In this document: one piece after another, positions 1 to 10,556 of the stretch
Position numbering within the stretch: the first letter of the stretch is position 1
Layout: the number at the start of each line of letters is the position of its first letter
Assembly: GCA_965207065.1 (NCBI GenBank)
Contig: OZ242260.1
Location: 1,696,001 to 1,760,000, forward strand
Origin: a bacterium
GTDB lineage: Bacteria > UBA8248
Reading direction: 5' to 3'
DNA: 64,000 nt
Notes under the pieces: model-generated
The model's input: only the letters and a program-made list of their open reading frames with translations
Database searches by the model: none
Told to the model about the DNA's origin: nothing
Translations under genes and position numbers: made by a program

Positions 1-342
1 TGCGACGCCGTTCTGGTCGGCGTGGGGCACTGAGGCTCTTCCACGTCGTGGAGTGTCCGCGACGCGGTGGAACTCGAGAGGTTGGGAAGCCCCGCCTGCG
101 TCATCGTGAGCCGGGGGTTCAGCCACAGCGGGCGCGCGATAGCGAGGAGGCAGGGCTACGGCGGCCTGCCCATCGTCGAGATGGACCACCCGCTCGCCGC
201 TCCCGAGAGAGTAGCCCTTCACCCCAAGGCGGACGCCATCGTGAATGAGGTCGTCCACGCGCTCACGGGCGACCCGGAAAGACTCCGGGCCGAATACGCG
301 GAGAAGAAGTTCCGGGGTCCTGAGAATCTTTGCCCGAAATAG
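1..342 (+). CDS. UGSC-family selenoprotein, 5'-truncated by the window; TGA at 31-33 read as Sec
   Basis: Frame 1 reads CDAVLVGVGH-TGA-GSSTSWSVRDAVELERLG and continues into ORF 67..342. This matches the UGSC-family motif region. A hairpin lies at 44-64, and selA/selB are in the window. Confidence 0.8.
34..67 (+). promoter_or_regulatory. candidate bacterial SECIS hairpin
   Basis: CGTCGTGGA (44-52) pairs with TCCGCGACG (56-64) with one G-U pair. The GTG loop is about 20 nt after the UGA. Confidence 0.6.
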
Positions 343-354
343 GGGAGGCGGAAT

Positions 355-1428
355 TTGGCCGTGAACGTCGAAAACCCCTCTCTTGAGGCGGGCCGGCGGG
401 TTTTGCCGGTCACAGGCTCCCTCGATGAGGTGAACGCATATTTCTACGAGCGCGGCTGGACGGACGGGCTGCCCATCGTCCCGCCCACGCGCGAGCGCGT
501 GGAAAGCCTGCTCACCGGCTGGCCGGGAGAGGCGGATGAGGAAATCGCCGAGGTTCCTCCCCTCATGGGAATGGCGACGGTCCGCGCAATCGCGGTGAAC
601 GCCGTGATGGCCGGCTGCGCGCCCGAATACCTGTCCGTCGTCGTCGCTGCCGTCACCGCAATCACCAGGCCGCGCTATGGACTCAGCCACCGCCAGACGA
701 CCACGCACCCCGCCACCGCGCTCATTATCGTGAACGGCCCTATTGCGAGGCGTCTCAAAATCAACTCGGGCTCCGGCCTTTTCGGCCCCGGCTGGCGGGC
801 GAACGCGACGATTGGTCGCGCGCTCAGGCTTTGCCTCATCAATTTGGGAGGGGCGATTCCCGGCGAGGTGGACCGCGCCCAGCACGCGCATCCGGGAAAA
901 TACACCTACTGCATCGCCGAGAACGATGGCGCGAACCCCTGGGAGCCTTATCACGTCGAGCGCGGTTTTGAGCCGGATGAGAGCACGGTGACGCTCACCT
1001 GCGGCGAGGCGCCCCACTGCATCACGGACAACTACAACACCGAGCCCCACGCGCTGCTCTTCGGCTACGCGGACTCGATGGCGACCCTGGGCGGGAACAA
1101 CCTCTCCTCCCAGGGAGAGCCCGTCCTCGTCATGGCGCCCGAGCACGCCGCCTATATCGCGCGGGCGGGCTGGAGCAAAGCGGACGCGAAGCGCTATCTG
1201 TTCGAGAAGGCGCGAAAGCCCTGGAAGCACGTGGGCGTCCGGGGAAAATCGAAAGGCCCCACCTTTCCCGTCTGGGTCGACAGGACGGACCCCGAAGCCT
1301 CCGTGCCCATCCTCACCCACGCGGACGCCCTCATCCTCATCGTAGGCGGCGGCGAGGGCCAGAAATCCATGTGGATTCCCACCCCTGGCGCGCAGACGCT
1401 GAGCGTCATCGAGAGAATCAGAGGGTAG
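355..1428 (+). CDS. conserved hypothetical protein typically linked or fused to UGSC selenoproteins
   Basis: GWTDGLPIVPPT, AVNAVMAGC and RANATIGRALRL motifs; GGGAGG RBS before a TTG start. Confidence 0.75.
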   Translation: MAVNVENPSLEAGRRVLPVTGSLDEVNAYFYERGWTDGLPIVPPTRERVESLLTGWPGEADEEIAEVPPLMGMATVRAIAVNAVMAGCAPEYLSVVVAAVTAITRPRYGLSHRQTTTHPATALIIVNGPIARRLKINSGSGLFGPGWRANATIGRALRLCLINLGGAIPGEVDRAQHAHPGKYTYCIAENDGANPWEPYHVERGFEPDESTVTLTCGEAPHCITDNYNTEPHALLFGYADSMATLGGNNLSSQGEPVLVMAPEHAAYIARAGWSKADAKRYLFEKARKPWKHVGVRGKSKGPTFPVWVDRTDPEASVPILTHADALILIVGGGEGQKSMWIPTPGAQTLSVIERIRG

Positions 1429-1517
1429 GGACACTCGATTGTATCCCTATCGCTTCGCTAGTAGGCTTGGGTGGATGTCATTTAGGTAACGACGTTAATT
1501 GCATTTTGCCGCTTGCC

Positions 1518-1544
1518 TTAATGTATCTCTCAGGATACAATTAA
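1518..1544. promoter_or_regulatory. palindromic operator candidate for TA autoregulation
   Basis: TTAA-TGTATC-N6-GATACA-A-TTAA lies immediately before the toxin start. Confidence 0.5.
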
Positions 1545-1838
1545 GTGATGATCGAGGTTCGTCAAACCGATCAATATGCCCGATGGTTCGAGAGGCTTCG
1601 GGATAAGCGGGCAAAGGCGCGCATCAATACCCGCATCAGACGGTTGTCTTTGGGGAACCCTGGTGACGTGCGGGCTGTCGGGCATGGTGTATCGGAACTT
1701 CGGATAGACTACGGGCCCGGCTATCGCGTTTACTTTGTACAGCAAGGGCAATCCTTGGTGTTGTTGCTGGCCGGGGGAGATAAAAGTACTCAGGCTCGGG
1801 ATATCCTAAGAGCGCGGAATTTAGCGCAAGAGCTATAG
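1545..1838 (+). CDS. type II toxin, RelE/ParE family (addiction module killer)
   Basis: GNPGDVRAVGHGVSELRIDYGPGYRVYF...LLLAGGDKSTQ signature. Confidence 0.9.
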   Translation: MMIEVRQTDQYARWFERLRDKRAKARINTRIRRLSLGNPGDVRAVGHGVSELRIDYGPGYRVYFVQQGQSLVLLLAGGDKSTQARDILRARNLAQEL

Positions 1839-1844
1839 GAGTTT

Positions 1845-2132
1845 GTGATGACGAATACAAGGATCAAGCCGTGGGATGCGGCGGATAATCTAAATACCAA
1901 AGAGGATATCGTTCTATACCTCGAGGCGGCTTTCGAGGATGGCGACCCGGCGCTCATCGCGGCGGCACTGGGGGACGCCGCGAGAGCCAGGGGAATGACG
2001 AAAGTCGCCGCCGAAGCCGGCCTGGGCAGGGAGAGCCTCTACAAGGCGCTATCGCCCGGCGGGAATCCCGGGTTCGCCACCGTACTCAAGGTCATGCGCG
2101 CCCTGGGTCTTCGGCTTCGCCCATCCGCTTGA
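1845..2132 (+). CDS. addiction module antidote, HTH antitoxin
   Basis: ARARGMTKVAAEAGLGRESLYKALSPGGNP HTH, directly downstream of the toxin. Confidence 0.9.
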   Translation: MMTNTRIKPWDAADNLNTKEDIVLYLEAAFEDGDPALIAAALGDAARARGMTKVAAEAGLGRESLYKALSPGGNPGFATVLKVMRALGLRLRPSA

Positions 2133-2380
2133 GTTCACGGCAAAGTTGCTTGATGTCCCGGTGACAGTTACGAAAGAGTACCAACCAGACATATTTCCCT
2201 GCTGATTCTGAAAATTCTGCATCTTTATCTGCAGGCTCAGAAAAATTCATCTGCAGTCCAGAAAAAAAGGTTGTGAGAGCATCCCCATCATGCTATTTTT
2301 TTCATTCCACACTAGACTTATTTTCAGAGGACGTTTCTTCAATTTCTTGATGCCCGCGAGGGCCCACGAGGGAGACAATT

Positions 2381-3409
2381 GTGATGAAAAAACACCTGTT
2401 CACCGTAGTTTGCGCGTTTGCCGCCGTTGCGGTAATCGCAAGCGCCGCGTTCGCCGCCAGCTCGACGCTGGAGACCGTGAAAAAGCGCGGCAATCTCATC
2501 TGCGGCGTGAACACCGGCCTGACGGGATTCTCCGCGCCCGACGACAAGGGCGTCTGGAGAGGTTTCGACGTCGATTACTGCCGCGGCATCAGCGCAGCGA
2601 TTTTCGGCAATCCCGACAAGGTGACCTACAAGCCGCTGACCGGCAAGACGCGCTTCCCGGCGCTCCAATCCGGTGAGATCGACGTCCTCTCGCGCAACAC
2701 GACCTGGACCTTCAAGCGCGACGTGAACCTGGGCTTAGAGTTCGTGGGCGTGTTGTATTACGACGGGCAGGGCTTCATCGCCCGCAAGTCCCTCGGCGTC
2801 AAGAGCGCCAAGGAACTCGGCGGCGCTTCGATCTGCATCCAGACGGGCACCACGACCGAGCTCAACCTGGCGGACTTTTTCCGCAGCAACAAGATGAAGT
2901 TCAAATCGGTCGTCGTCGAGGACGCGGCCGAGGCGCGCCAGAACTACGCCGCCAACCGCTGCGACGCCTACACGACGGACCGCTCCGGCCTGGCCGCCCA
3001 GCGCTCCGTGCTCAAGAACCCGGCGGACCACGTGATTCTGCCCGAAATCATCTCGAAGGAGCCGCTCGGCCCCGTCGTGCGTCATGGTGACAACGTGTGG
3101 GGCGACATCGCCCGCTGGGTGCGCAACGCGCTCATCGTCGCCGAGGAACTCGGCATCACCTCCAAGAATGTCGACGCCATGAAGAAATCGAGCAACCCCG
3201 AGATCAAGCGCATGCTCGGCCAGGAAGGCGATTTCGGCAGCATGCTCGGCCTCCCGAAAGACTGGGCCTACAACGTCATCAAGGGCGTAGGCAACTATTC
3301 CGAGATCTACGAGCGCCACATCGGCCCCAAGACGGCCGTTGGCCTTGCGCGCGGCTACAACCAGCTCTGGACGAAGGGCGGCATTCTCTACTCGCCTCCA
3401 TTCCGCTAA
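2381..3409 (+). CDS. aapJ: general L-amino acid ABC transporter substrate-binding protein (AapJ/BztA)
   Basis: Signal peptide, GFDVDYCR, LSRNTTWT, EIISKEPLGP and terminal YSPPFR. Confidence 0.9.
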   Translation: MMKKHLFTVVCAFAAVAVIASAAFAASSTLETVKKRGNLICGVNTGLTGFSAPDDKGVWRGFDVDYCRGISAAIFGNPDKVTYKPLTGKTRFPALQSGEIDVLSRNTTWTFKRDVNLGLEFVGVLYYDGQGFIARKSLGVKSAKELGGASICIQTGTTTELNLADFFRSNKMKFKSVVVEDAAEARQNYAANRCDAYTTDRSGLAAQRSVLKNPADHVILPEIISKEPLGPVVRHGDNVWGDIARWVRNALIVAEELGITSKNVDAMKKSSNPEIKRMLGQEGDFGSMLGLPKDWAYNVIKGVGNYSEIYERHIGPKTAVGLARGYNQLWTKGGILYSPPFR

Positions 3410-3438
3410 GCCGACTGAACGTGTAAGATAAGACCGTA

Positions 3439-3466
3439 CCGGCTCCGGGGATTTCCCCGGGGCCGG
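3439..3466 (+). other. intergenic GC hairpin after the SBP gene (mRNA-stabilising or terminator-like)
   Basis: CCGGCTCCGGGG-ATTT-CCCCGGGGCCGG inverted repeat. Confidence 0.45.
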
Positions 3467-3525
3467 GCGGCGCGTTCTCGAAGCAAAGATACCGCGCAGG
3501 CGAAGTCGCACACCGGGGACTCGAT

Positions 3526-4725
3526 ATGGCGGTAGACTCTCAACAAGCAGGCGCGCGGCCAAGCGCCGCCCGCTGGTGGTATGACCCCAAAGTCCGGGCG
3601 ATCGCGTTCCAGGTCGCCTTCGTACTGGCGCTCATCGGCCTCGGCGTCTACCTGATCCACAACACGATCATCAATCTCGAGAAACGAAACATCAAGGCGG
3701 GGTTCGATTTTCTCAATAACCCGGCAGGCTTCGAGATTCCGCTCACGCTCATCCCCTACTCCGTCGAGGCGGGCTCGACCCACGGTTCGGTATTCATCGT
3801 CGGTCTGCTCAACACGCTCCTCATCTCGGTCCTGGGCATCGTGCTGGCGACGATTCTGGGCTTTATTCTCGGCGTGCTCAGGCTCTCGAACAACTGGCTG
3901 GTCTCGAAACTGGTAGGGGTTTATATCGAGTCGGTGCGCAACGTGCCGCTGCTGCTGCAATTTTTGTTCTGGCACTTCGCCGTCTTTCAGTCGCTTCCCC
4001 TGGTGCGCCAGGCCATACCGCCGTTCGGAACGATCTTTATCCACAACCGCGGCCTCACGATCCCGAAGCCGCTCCCCCAGCCGGGCTTCATGGTGGTCGT
4101 GATATCGGTCTTCGTCGCCATCGCGGCGATTATCTATCTCAAGAAATGGGCGCGCAGGCGTCAGGACGCGACAGGAGAGCAGTTCCCCGTCTTCTGGGCG
4201 TCGCTCGGCGTCCTCATCGGCGCGCCGCTGCTCGCCTCGGCTGCGACCGGTTTTCCGCTGGCCTGGGAATACGCCGAACTGGGCCGGTTCCGCTTCACGG
4301 GCGGCCTCGAAATCCAGATAGAGTTGTTCGCTTCGCTGACCGCGCTCACTGTCTACACGTCTTCGTTCATCGCCGAAATCGTCCGCGCCGGCATTCTCGC
4401 CGTCTCGCGCGGCCAGCAGGAGGCCGCCTATTCGCTGGGGGTGCGGCCGGGGCCGACTTTGAGGCTCGTCATCATTCCCCAGGCGCTCCGGGTCATCGTG
4501 CCGCCGCTGGTGAGCCAATACCTGAACCTGACCAAGAACTCATCCCTCGGCATCGCCATCGGCTATCCCGATCTGTTCAACGTCTTCGGCGGCATCTCGC
4601 TCAACCAGACCGGCCAGGCCATCGAAATTATCTTTATGTGCGTGGTGGTGTATCTCACCTTCAGCCTGCTGATATCGCTCTACATGAACTGGTACAACAG
4701 GCGCATATCGCTGGTGGAGAGATGA
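3526..4725 (+). CDS. aapQ: amino acid ABC transporter permease (AapQ/BztB)
   Basis: RNVPLLLQ, AEIVRAGI..EAA and LNLTKNSSL motifs. Confidence 0.9.
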   Translation: MAVDSQQAGARPSAARWWYDPKVRAIAFQVAFVLALIGLGVYLIHNTIINLEKRNIKAGFDFLNNPAGFEIPLTLIPYSVEAGSTHGSVFIVGLLNTLLISVLGIVLATILGFILGVLRLSNNWLVSKLVGVYIESVRNVPLLLQFLFWHFAVFQSLPLVRQAIPPFGTIFIHNRGLTIPKPLPQPGFMVVVISVFVAIAAIIYLKKWARRRQDATGEQFPVFWASLGVLIGAPLLASAATGFPLAWEYAELGRFRFTGGLEIQIELFASLTALTVYTSSFIAEIVRAGILAVSRGQQEAAYSLGVRPGPTLRLVIIPQALRVIVPPLVSQYLNLTKNSSLGIAIGYPDLFNVFGGISLNQTGQAIEIIFMCVVVYLTFSLLISLYMNWYNRRISLVER

Positions 4726-4729
4726 GGCC

Positions 4730-5860
4730 ATGAGCGATATTGCGAACAATCCGGACAGGAGCTTCGTCCGCACGGAAAATATCCCCGAGGCGCCGCCGCC
4801 GGTCTCGACCGCGGGCGTAGCCGGCTGGATGCGGGCGAACCTGTTCTCTTCGCCGGCCAATACGGCGCTCACGTTGCTGACGCTCTATCTCCTCTATCTG
4901 ATCGTGCCGCCGCTGTTCGAGTGGGCCTTCATCAACTCGCTCCTGGAGGGTGAGTCCAACAAGGACTGCCGGGGGATCGAGGGCGCCTGCTGGGTTCTGG
5001 TGCCGAAACGATTCGGGCAGTACATCTACGGCTTCTACCCTGAGCCCGAGCGCTGGCGGGTGAACCTCACCTTCATCCTGTTCTGCCTGAACCTCCTGCC
5101 GGTGCTGTCCGACAGGGTGCCGGGCCGCACCTTCTCCGCGCTTTTCCTGGTATTCGGTTTCCCCATCGTCGCCTTCGTTCTGCTCCACGGCGCCTTCGGC
5201 CTGGAGAGCGTGCCGACGCACAAGTGGGGCGGCCTGACGCTCACCCTCGTGTTCGCCTCGGTCGCCATCCTGTTCTCATTGCCCATCGGCGTTCTGCTGG
5301 CGCTCGGGCGGCGCTCGGAGATGCCCGTCATCCGCACGATCTGCATCGCCTTCATCGAGCTCTGGCGCTCGGTGCCGCTCATCACCGTGCTCTTCATGGC
5401 CTCATTCATGCTGCCGCTGTTCACGCCCGAGGGGGTGAACGCCAACGAACTGCTGCGCGCCCTGATAGGGTTCATCATGTTCGCCTCCGCCTATATGGCG
5501 GAAGTCGTGCGCGGCGGGCTGCAGGCGCTGCCGAAGGGCCAGACCGAGGCGGCCATGGCGCTGGGCCTGAACTACTGGAAGTCGATGCAGCTCATCATCC
5601 TGCCCCAGGCGCTCAAAATCGTGATTCCGGGCATCGTCAACACCTTCATCGCCCTGTTCAAGGATACCGCGCTGGTATCGATCATCGGGCTGTTCGACCT
5701 GCTGCTCGTGGCCCGCTCGGCCGTGACGGACCCCAAATGGCTGGGCCTCGAACATGAATCCTACATCTTCGCGGCTCTCATCTATTTCATATTCTGCTTC
5801 AGCATGTCGCGCTACAGCCTGTGGCTTGAGCGCAAGCTCGACACGGGCCACCGTAATTAA
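4730..5860 (+). CDS. aapM: amino acid ABC transporter permease (AapM/BztC)
   Basis: [26 protein letters not shown] and FKDTALV motifs. Confidence 0.9.
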   Translation: MSDIANNPDRSFVRTENIPEAPPPVSTAGVAGWMRANLFSSPANTALTLLTLYLLYLIVPPLFEWAFINSLLEGESNKDCRGIEGACWVLVPKRFGQYIYGFYPEPERWRVNLTFILFCLNLLPVLSDRVPGRTFSALFLVFGFPIVAFVLLHGAFGLESVPTHKWGGLTLTLVFASVAILFSLPIGVLLALGRRSEMPVIRTICIAFIELWRSVPLITVLFMASFMLPLFTPEGVNANELLRALIGFIMFASAYMAEVVRGGLQALPKGQTEAAMALGLNYWKSMQLIILPQALKIVIPGIVNTFIALFKDTALVSIIGLFDLLLVARSAVTDPKWLGLEHESYIFAALIYFIFCFSMSRYSLWLERKLDTGHRN

Positions 5861-5877
5861 GCGGGAGGAAACGACTC

Positions 5878-6666
5878 ATGAGTGAAAACGCGGGCGAAGC
5901 CGGGGCGGTAAATACGGAAACCCTCTCGAACGAGCCGATTATCCGCATCGAGGGCATGAACAAGTGGTTCGGCCAGTTCCACGTCCTGCGCGACATCGAC
6001 CTCACCGTCTACCGGGGCGAGCGCATCGTCATCTGCGGGCCCTCGGGTTCGGGCAAATCGACTCTCATCCGCTGCATCAACCGCCTGGAAGAACACCAGA
6101 AAGGCGCTATCGTGGTCCAAGGCATCGAGTTGACCGGGGACTTGAAGCAAATCGACAACGTGCGCCGGGAAGTCGGTATGCTGTTCCAGCAGTTCAACCT
6201 TTTTCCGCACCTGACGGTGCTCGAGAACTGCACCCTGGCGCCCATCTGGGTGCGCAAGACGCCCAGGGCCGAGGCGGAAGAACTCGCGATGGAATACCTG
6301 ACGCGCGTCAAGATTCCCGAGCAGGCCCTGAAATACCCAGGCCAGCTATCGGGCGGCCAGCAGCAGCGCGTGGCCATTGCGCGCTCATTGTGCATGCGGC
6401 CCAAAATTATGCTGTTCGACGAGCCGACATCCGCGCTGGACCCAGAGATGATAAAAGAAGTGCTCGACGTGATGGTCGAACTCGCCGAGACCGAGATGAC
6501 GATGCTCGTCGTGACGCACGAGATGGGCTTCGCGCGCCAGGTCGCCCACCGGGTGATCTTCATGGACGAGGGGCAGATCATCGAGCAGAACGAACCCGAA
6601 GAATTCTTCTACCGCCCCCAATCGGACCGCACGAAACTCTTCCTGAGCCAGATACTTTCGCATTAG
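5878..6666 (+). CDS. aapP: amino acid ABC transporter ATP-binding protein (AapP/BztD)
   Basis: GPSGSGKS Walker A, LSGGQQQR and [11 protein letters not shown]. Confidence 0.92.
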   Translation: MSENAGEAGAVNTETLSNEPIIRIEGMNKWFGQFHVLRDIDLTVYRGERIVICGPSGSGKSTLIRCINRLEEHQKGAIVVQGIELTGDLKQIDNVRREVGMLFQQFNLFPHLTVLENCTLAPIWVRKTPRAEAEELAMEYLTRVKIPEQALKYPGQLSGGQQQRVAIARSLCMRPKIMLFDEPTSALDPEMIKEVLDVMVELAETEMTMLVVTHEMGFARQVAHRVIFMDEGQIIEQNEPEEFFYRPQSDRTKLFLSQILSH

Positions 6667-7040
6667 GGGGGCGGGAGACAGACTCCTGGCGTGATCGGCC
6701 CCAAACGTCAAGCGTTCTTGTTCCGTCTCCACGACACTGCTTGTTTCTCCATGCGGGCGCAAGAATAGCTCATGAAATTTTCTTTAGCCTTACCGTTTTG
6801 CCCTGTCCTGCGGGCGGGGGAAACCGCCCCAGTCCCGACGAAATTCCCAATCTTGCGCTTCATTGACAATTTAGGTAGCATTTCTCATCTTATAAGCTCT
6901 CTTCTTATTGACTAAAGTATATTTGAATATCTGGAGAACGGCGTTACGCGACCGCGTTGATCCCGTCTCCAGGTTGTGGGGTGAGTGCATACTTAAGGGT
7001 ATTTACTCACCAAAACGTAGTCAAAAGGGGGGCTTGCGAT

Positions 7041-8087
7041 ATGAAATGCGCGTGGAAACGATTCAAATATTTCATGCTCGTTGCGGTTGTAGCGGTCTGG
7101 ACCTTTGGCTCGGGCGCCGGCGTCTCGGAAGCGGGCAAGCACAAACTAGTGGTGGGCTCGGGCGGCGGCAACATCGGGGCGCCCATCCACGTCGCCAAGA
7201 CGAAGGGCTACTTCGCGCAAGAGGACCTTGTGATCGAACACAAGATATTCTCCTCCGGCGCGGCCATGGTTGAGGCGCTCGCGGCAGGCGGAGTCGAACT
7301 GGGACACTCGGGGGATTTGCCGTTTGTCTCGCTGGCTGCCGCCAACGTGCCCGCCTGCATCATCGCCCAGAACGGGCAGGACAAGGATTACCTCGAGATT
7401 TTTGTCGGCAAGGACCTGGGCATGACGAAGCCTACCGACTTCTACGGGAAAAAGATCGGGTTGCGGTTTGCATCTGCGGCCCACATTCTGTGGATCAATT
7501 TTCTTCAAAAATACAGCCTGGACGCCAAAAAGATCCGGGTGGTGAATCTGACGCCGAACGATCTCATCGCCGCTTACAAGAACAAGGACGTGGACGGCGG
7601 GGTGGTTTGGTATCCGCATCTGACGACCGCGGAAAAGGTCCGGCCGACGCATTTTGCGCATTCCCAGTTGCTCAACAAGTTCAGCAAAATGGCGAAGCCC
7701 GCCAACATCCACCTTTCCTTCACCCTCATCAGCGCGCGGAAAGCGGCCCTGAAAAACAAGCCGGACGCCATGAGGGCGTATATGCGCGCGATGTTGAAGT
7801 CCTACCGGTTCATGAACGATTCGGGAAATCGCGCAGAGTTTCTCGGTATCCTGGGCAAGGCATACAAGATGTCCGCTCCCGCGATGAAACCCATTCTTGA
7901 CAACACTTTTTACAGGCTTGAAATTACGGATGAGATGGTGAACGCCGAGCAGGCGGTGGCCGATAATATGAAAAGGGTCGGCAGGAAGCTCAAAAGAACG
8001 CCGAACATGAAAGAATTCGTCTATACGGATCTCCTGAAGTCGGTCGCGAAGGACCTGGCGAAGACCGAAGGGGCCTGCAAGCTTTAG
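7041..8087 (+). CDS. NitT/TauT (SsuA-like) ABC substrate-binding protein
   Basis: Signal peptide from ATG 7041 and SsuA-like FSSGAAMVEALAAG...GDLP; first gene of the operon. Confidence 0.8.
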   Translation: MKCAWKRFKYFMLVAVVAVWTFGSGAGVSEAGKHKLVVGSGGGNIGAPIHVAKTKGYFAQEDLVIEHKIFSSGAAMVEALAAGGVELGHSGDLPFVSLAAANVPACIIAQNGQDKDYLEIFVGKDLGMTKPTDFYGKKIGLRFASAAHILWINFLQKYSLDAKKIRVVNLTPNDLIAAYKNKDVDGGVVWYPHLTTAEKVRPTHFAHSQLLNKFSKMAKPANIHLSFTLISARKAALKNKPDAMRAYMRAMLKSYRFMNDSGNRAEFLGILGKAYKMSAPAMKPILDNTFYRLEITDEMVNAEQAVADNMKRVGRKLKRTPNMKEFVYTDLLKSVAKDLAKTEGACKL

Positions 8088-8137
8088 CAGGACAGTTTCA
8101 CATTGCCGGTTTGGGGTGTCTGTATGGAATTTCCGGT

Positions 8138-8950
8138 ATGACGGTTAATCTGCAAGTAAATCGGGTTTCGAAAGAATTCATCGACCGGCGCTCCAAATCA
8201 ACGGTGCGGGCGCTGGATGAAATTAACCTCGAGGTCCAAAAAGGCGAAGTCATCTGCATCCTCGGTCCCAGCGGATGCGGAAAATCCACCCTCCTGAATA
8301 TCATTGCGGGATTCCTCCCCCCTTCGGGTGGGGAGGTCCGCGTCGATGGGCGTCCGGTCATCGAGCCGGGACCCGATCGGGGTTTCGTCTTCCAGGAATT
8401 CGCCCTTTTCCCCTGGCGGACGGTGCTCGAAAATATCGAATTCGGTCCTGTCCTGAAGGGGATGGAAAAAGCCGACCGGCACGCCCGCGCACGGGAGCTC
8501 ATCCAGCGCATCCACCTGACGGGATTTGAGGACAAATACCCTTTCGAGCTTTCGGGCGGAATGAAGCAGCGCGTCGGGATCGCCCGGGCGCTGGCGAACG
8601 ATCCCGAAGTGCTTTTGATGGACGAGCCTTTCGGCGCACTGGACGCCCAGACGCGCCGGGTAATGCAGGAAGAACTCCTGAAGCTTCTCGGTGAAACGAA
8701 GAAAACCGTCCTCTTCGTGACCCACGCCATCGACGAGGCCATCGTTCTGGCCGACCGGGTGATGGTCATGACGGCCCGCCCGGGCCAGGTGAAGGCTCTT
8801 CTCGGTGTTGACCTTCCCCGTCCCCGGGAGAGGACTTCTCCCGAATTCAACGAACTGTACCGGATGATGGACGACCTCATCCGGGTCGAAGTGGAGAAGT
8901 CGCTGGAAGTGCAGGATTCGGATTCCGCGGCTTCGGGAGAGGGTGCATGA
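8138..8950 (+). CDS. NitT/TauT ABC ATP-binding protein
   Basis: GPSGCGKS, VFQEFALFPW, LSGGMKQR and MDEPFGALD. Confidence 0.9.
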   Translation: MTVNLQVNRVSKEFIDRRSKSTVRALDEINLEVQKGEVICILGPSGCGKSTLLNIIAGFLPPSGGEVRVDGRPVIEPGPDRGFVFQEFALFPWRTVLENIEFGPVLKGMEKADRHARARELIQRIHLTGFEDKYPFELSGGMKQRVGIARALANDPEVLLMDEPFGALDAQTRRVMQEELLKLLGETKKTVLFVTHAIDEAIVLADRVMVMTARPGQVKALLGVDLPRPRERTSPEFNELYRMMDDLIRVEVEKSLEVQDSDSAASGEGA

Positions 8951-9717
8951 ACAGAAAAATGGTGACGCGCGTCATCTCTATCGGGGGATTGGTTATTCTC
9001 TGGTTCGTGGTCACGTATTACAAATTGGTCAATCCGCTCTTTTTGCCGCCTCCCAAGGAAGTTCTGGAAGGAGCGGTTGATCTTTTTCAAGCGGGTGAGT
9101 TGCGGGAGCACATAACCGCCAGCCTTTGGCGGATGTTCATGGGCTTCGTCGTTGGTTCTTTTACCGGCGTAATTATCGGAATCCTGATGGGCCAATTCCG
9201 TTTCTTTCACGCGGCGATAGGGCCATTGGTCGAAATCATCCGGCCCATTCCCGGCCTGGCCTGGATTCCGGTGGCCCTTATCTGGTTCGGTATCGAAGAC
9301 GCCTCCAAGGTATTCATCATATCCATGGGAGTGTTCATCGCCGTTGTCACGAATACCTTCGTGGGGGTCCGCTCGCTGGACCCGGTTCTGGTGCGCGCCG
9401 CGCGCAGCCTGGGGGCCACCCGCCGGGACATTTTCTTCCGCGTGGTCCTTCCCGGAACCCTCCCTTACATCTTCACCGGTTTTCGGCTGGGCGTTCAGGT
9501 TTCTTTCGCCTTGCTGGTTGCGGCGGAGTTGGTGGGTTCTACATCGGGCCTGGGATTTCTGATTCAGGACGCCCGGAATTATTTCCGCGGGGATTTGGTC
9601 ATCCTGGGTATGGCCGTCATCGGCGCCCTGGGATTCAGCATCACGCGCCTCGTGGAAATCGCGGAGAGGTGGTTTCTCCGCTGGCATTCCAAGAGCCGGG
9701 AAGGCGCGTTCTACTAG
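8947..9717 (+). CDS. NitT/TauT ABC permease
   Basis: RPIPGLAWIP and RAARSLGA (EAA-like) motifs; overlaps the ATPase stop (ATGA). Confidence 0.88.
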   Translation: MNRKMVTRVISIGGLVILWFVVTYYKLVNPLFLPPPKEVLEGAVDLFQAGELREHITASLWRMFMGFVVGSFTGVIIGILMGQFRFFHAAIGPLVEIIRPIPGLAWIPVALIWFGIEDASKVFIISMGVFIAVVTNTFVGVRSLDPVLVRAARSLGATRRDIFFRVVLPGTLPYIFTGFRLGVQVSFALLVAAELVGSTSGLGFLIQDARNYFRGDLVILGMAVIGALGFSITRLVEIAERWFLRWHSKSREGAFY

Positions 9718-9725
9718 GAGAGACG

Positions 9726-10499
9726 TTGCAAACGCAATCTGTGTCAGGCCGATTTGGAATATCCACCATCTCGGTGGCGGGGTTCGTCGTCCTTTGGCAG
9801 CTCTCCGTCACCCTCGGATTGGTGGACCCGCTCATCCTTCCGTCTCCCTGGATGGCCATCCAGTCCGGAATCAGGCGTGCGGAAGGGGGTGAGCTTCTTC
9901 ACCACATCATCGCCTCGGTGCTTCGTATCACCGAGGGGTTCTTTCTGGGCTCCGTCATCGGCATCTTGCTCGGTTTGCTCATGGGTCAGGTCCGGATCAT
10001 CGGCGATGCGCTCGAACCGATCGTGGACATATTCCGGCAAATACCCGAGGTTGCGTGGATTCCCCTCGCCATCCTGATGTTCCAGATGGGAGAGGGTTCC
10101 AAGATTTTCATCATCACCTACGGCGCGCTGTTTCCCGCCATCATCTGCACCTTTGACGGCGTCAAGCTGACCGAGCCCTCCATCATCCGCGCGGCGCGCT
10201 CCCTGGGCGCGAGCAAGAGGCAGCTTTTCTGGCGGGTCACGCTGCCCGCCACATTGCCCCACATTATGACCGGGCTGTGGATCGGACTCGGCTACGCTTT
10301 CCGCGGGCTCATCGCGGCCGAGCTGGCGGGGGCGCAGGAGGGAATCGGGTTCATGATCATGCTGGCGCGGGAAGACAACCTGACCGCGGACGCTTTCATG
10401 GGCATGGCGCTCATCGGGGTGATTGGCTTTTGCGCCATCTACGGCCTGGGCGCGGTCCGCAACTACTTTCTCCGCTGGCACGAGAGCACGCAGGAGTAA
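9726..10499 (+). CDS. second NitT/TauT ABC permease
   Basis: C-terminal part of track ORF 9126..10499. TTG start at 9726 follows GGAG; RQIPEVAWIP and RAARSLGA motifs. Confidence 0.85.
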   Translation: MQTQSVSGRFGISTISVAGFVVLWQLSVTLGLVDPLILPSPWMAIQSGIRRAEGGELLHHIIASVLRITEGFFLGSVIGILLGLLMGQVRIIGDALEPIVDIFRQIPEVAWIPLAILMFQMGEGSKIFIITYGALFPAIICTFDGVKLTEPSIIRAARSLGASKRQLFWRVTLPATLPHIMTGLWIGLGYAFRGLIAAELAGAQEGIGFMIMLAREDNLTADAFMGMALIGVIGFCAIYGLGAVRNYFLRWHESTQE

Positions 10500-10556
10500 G
10501 GTTTTTCATTCGGCCCGTCCTCCCCTTCCACCCGGGCCGGGCGGCAAGACCCCCGC

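Noticed and set aside
1545-2132. Toxin-antitoxin pairs (also 26344-26978) as a novel system
   Set aside because: Both are ordinary, well-known RelE/HigB-type modules.
6670-7040. Riboswitch upstream of the NitT/TauT operon
   Set aside because: Only a small hairpin and a TTGACA are present, with no recognisable riboswitch consensus.
9126-9725. N-terminal extension of the 457-aa track ORF
   Set aside because: It is an out-of-frame overlap with permease 8947-9717; the real gene starts near 9726.
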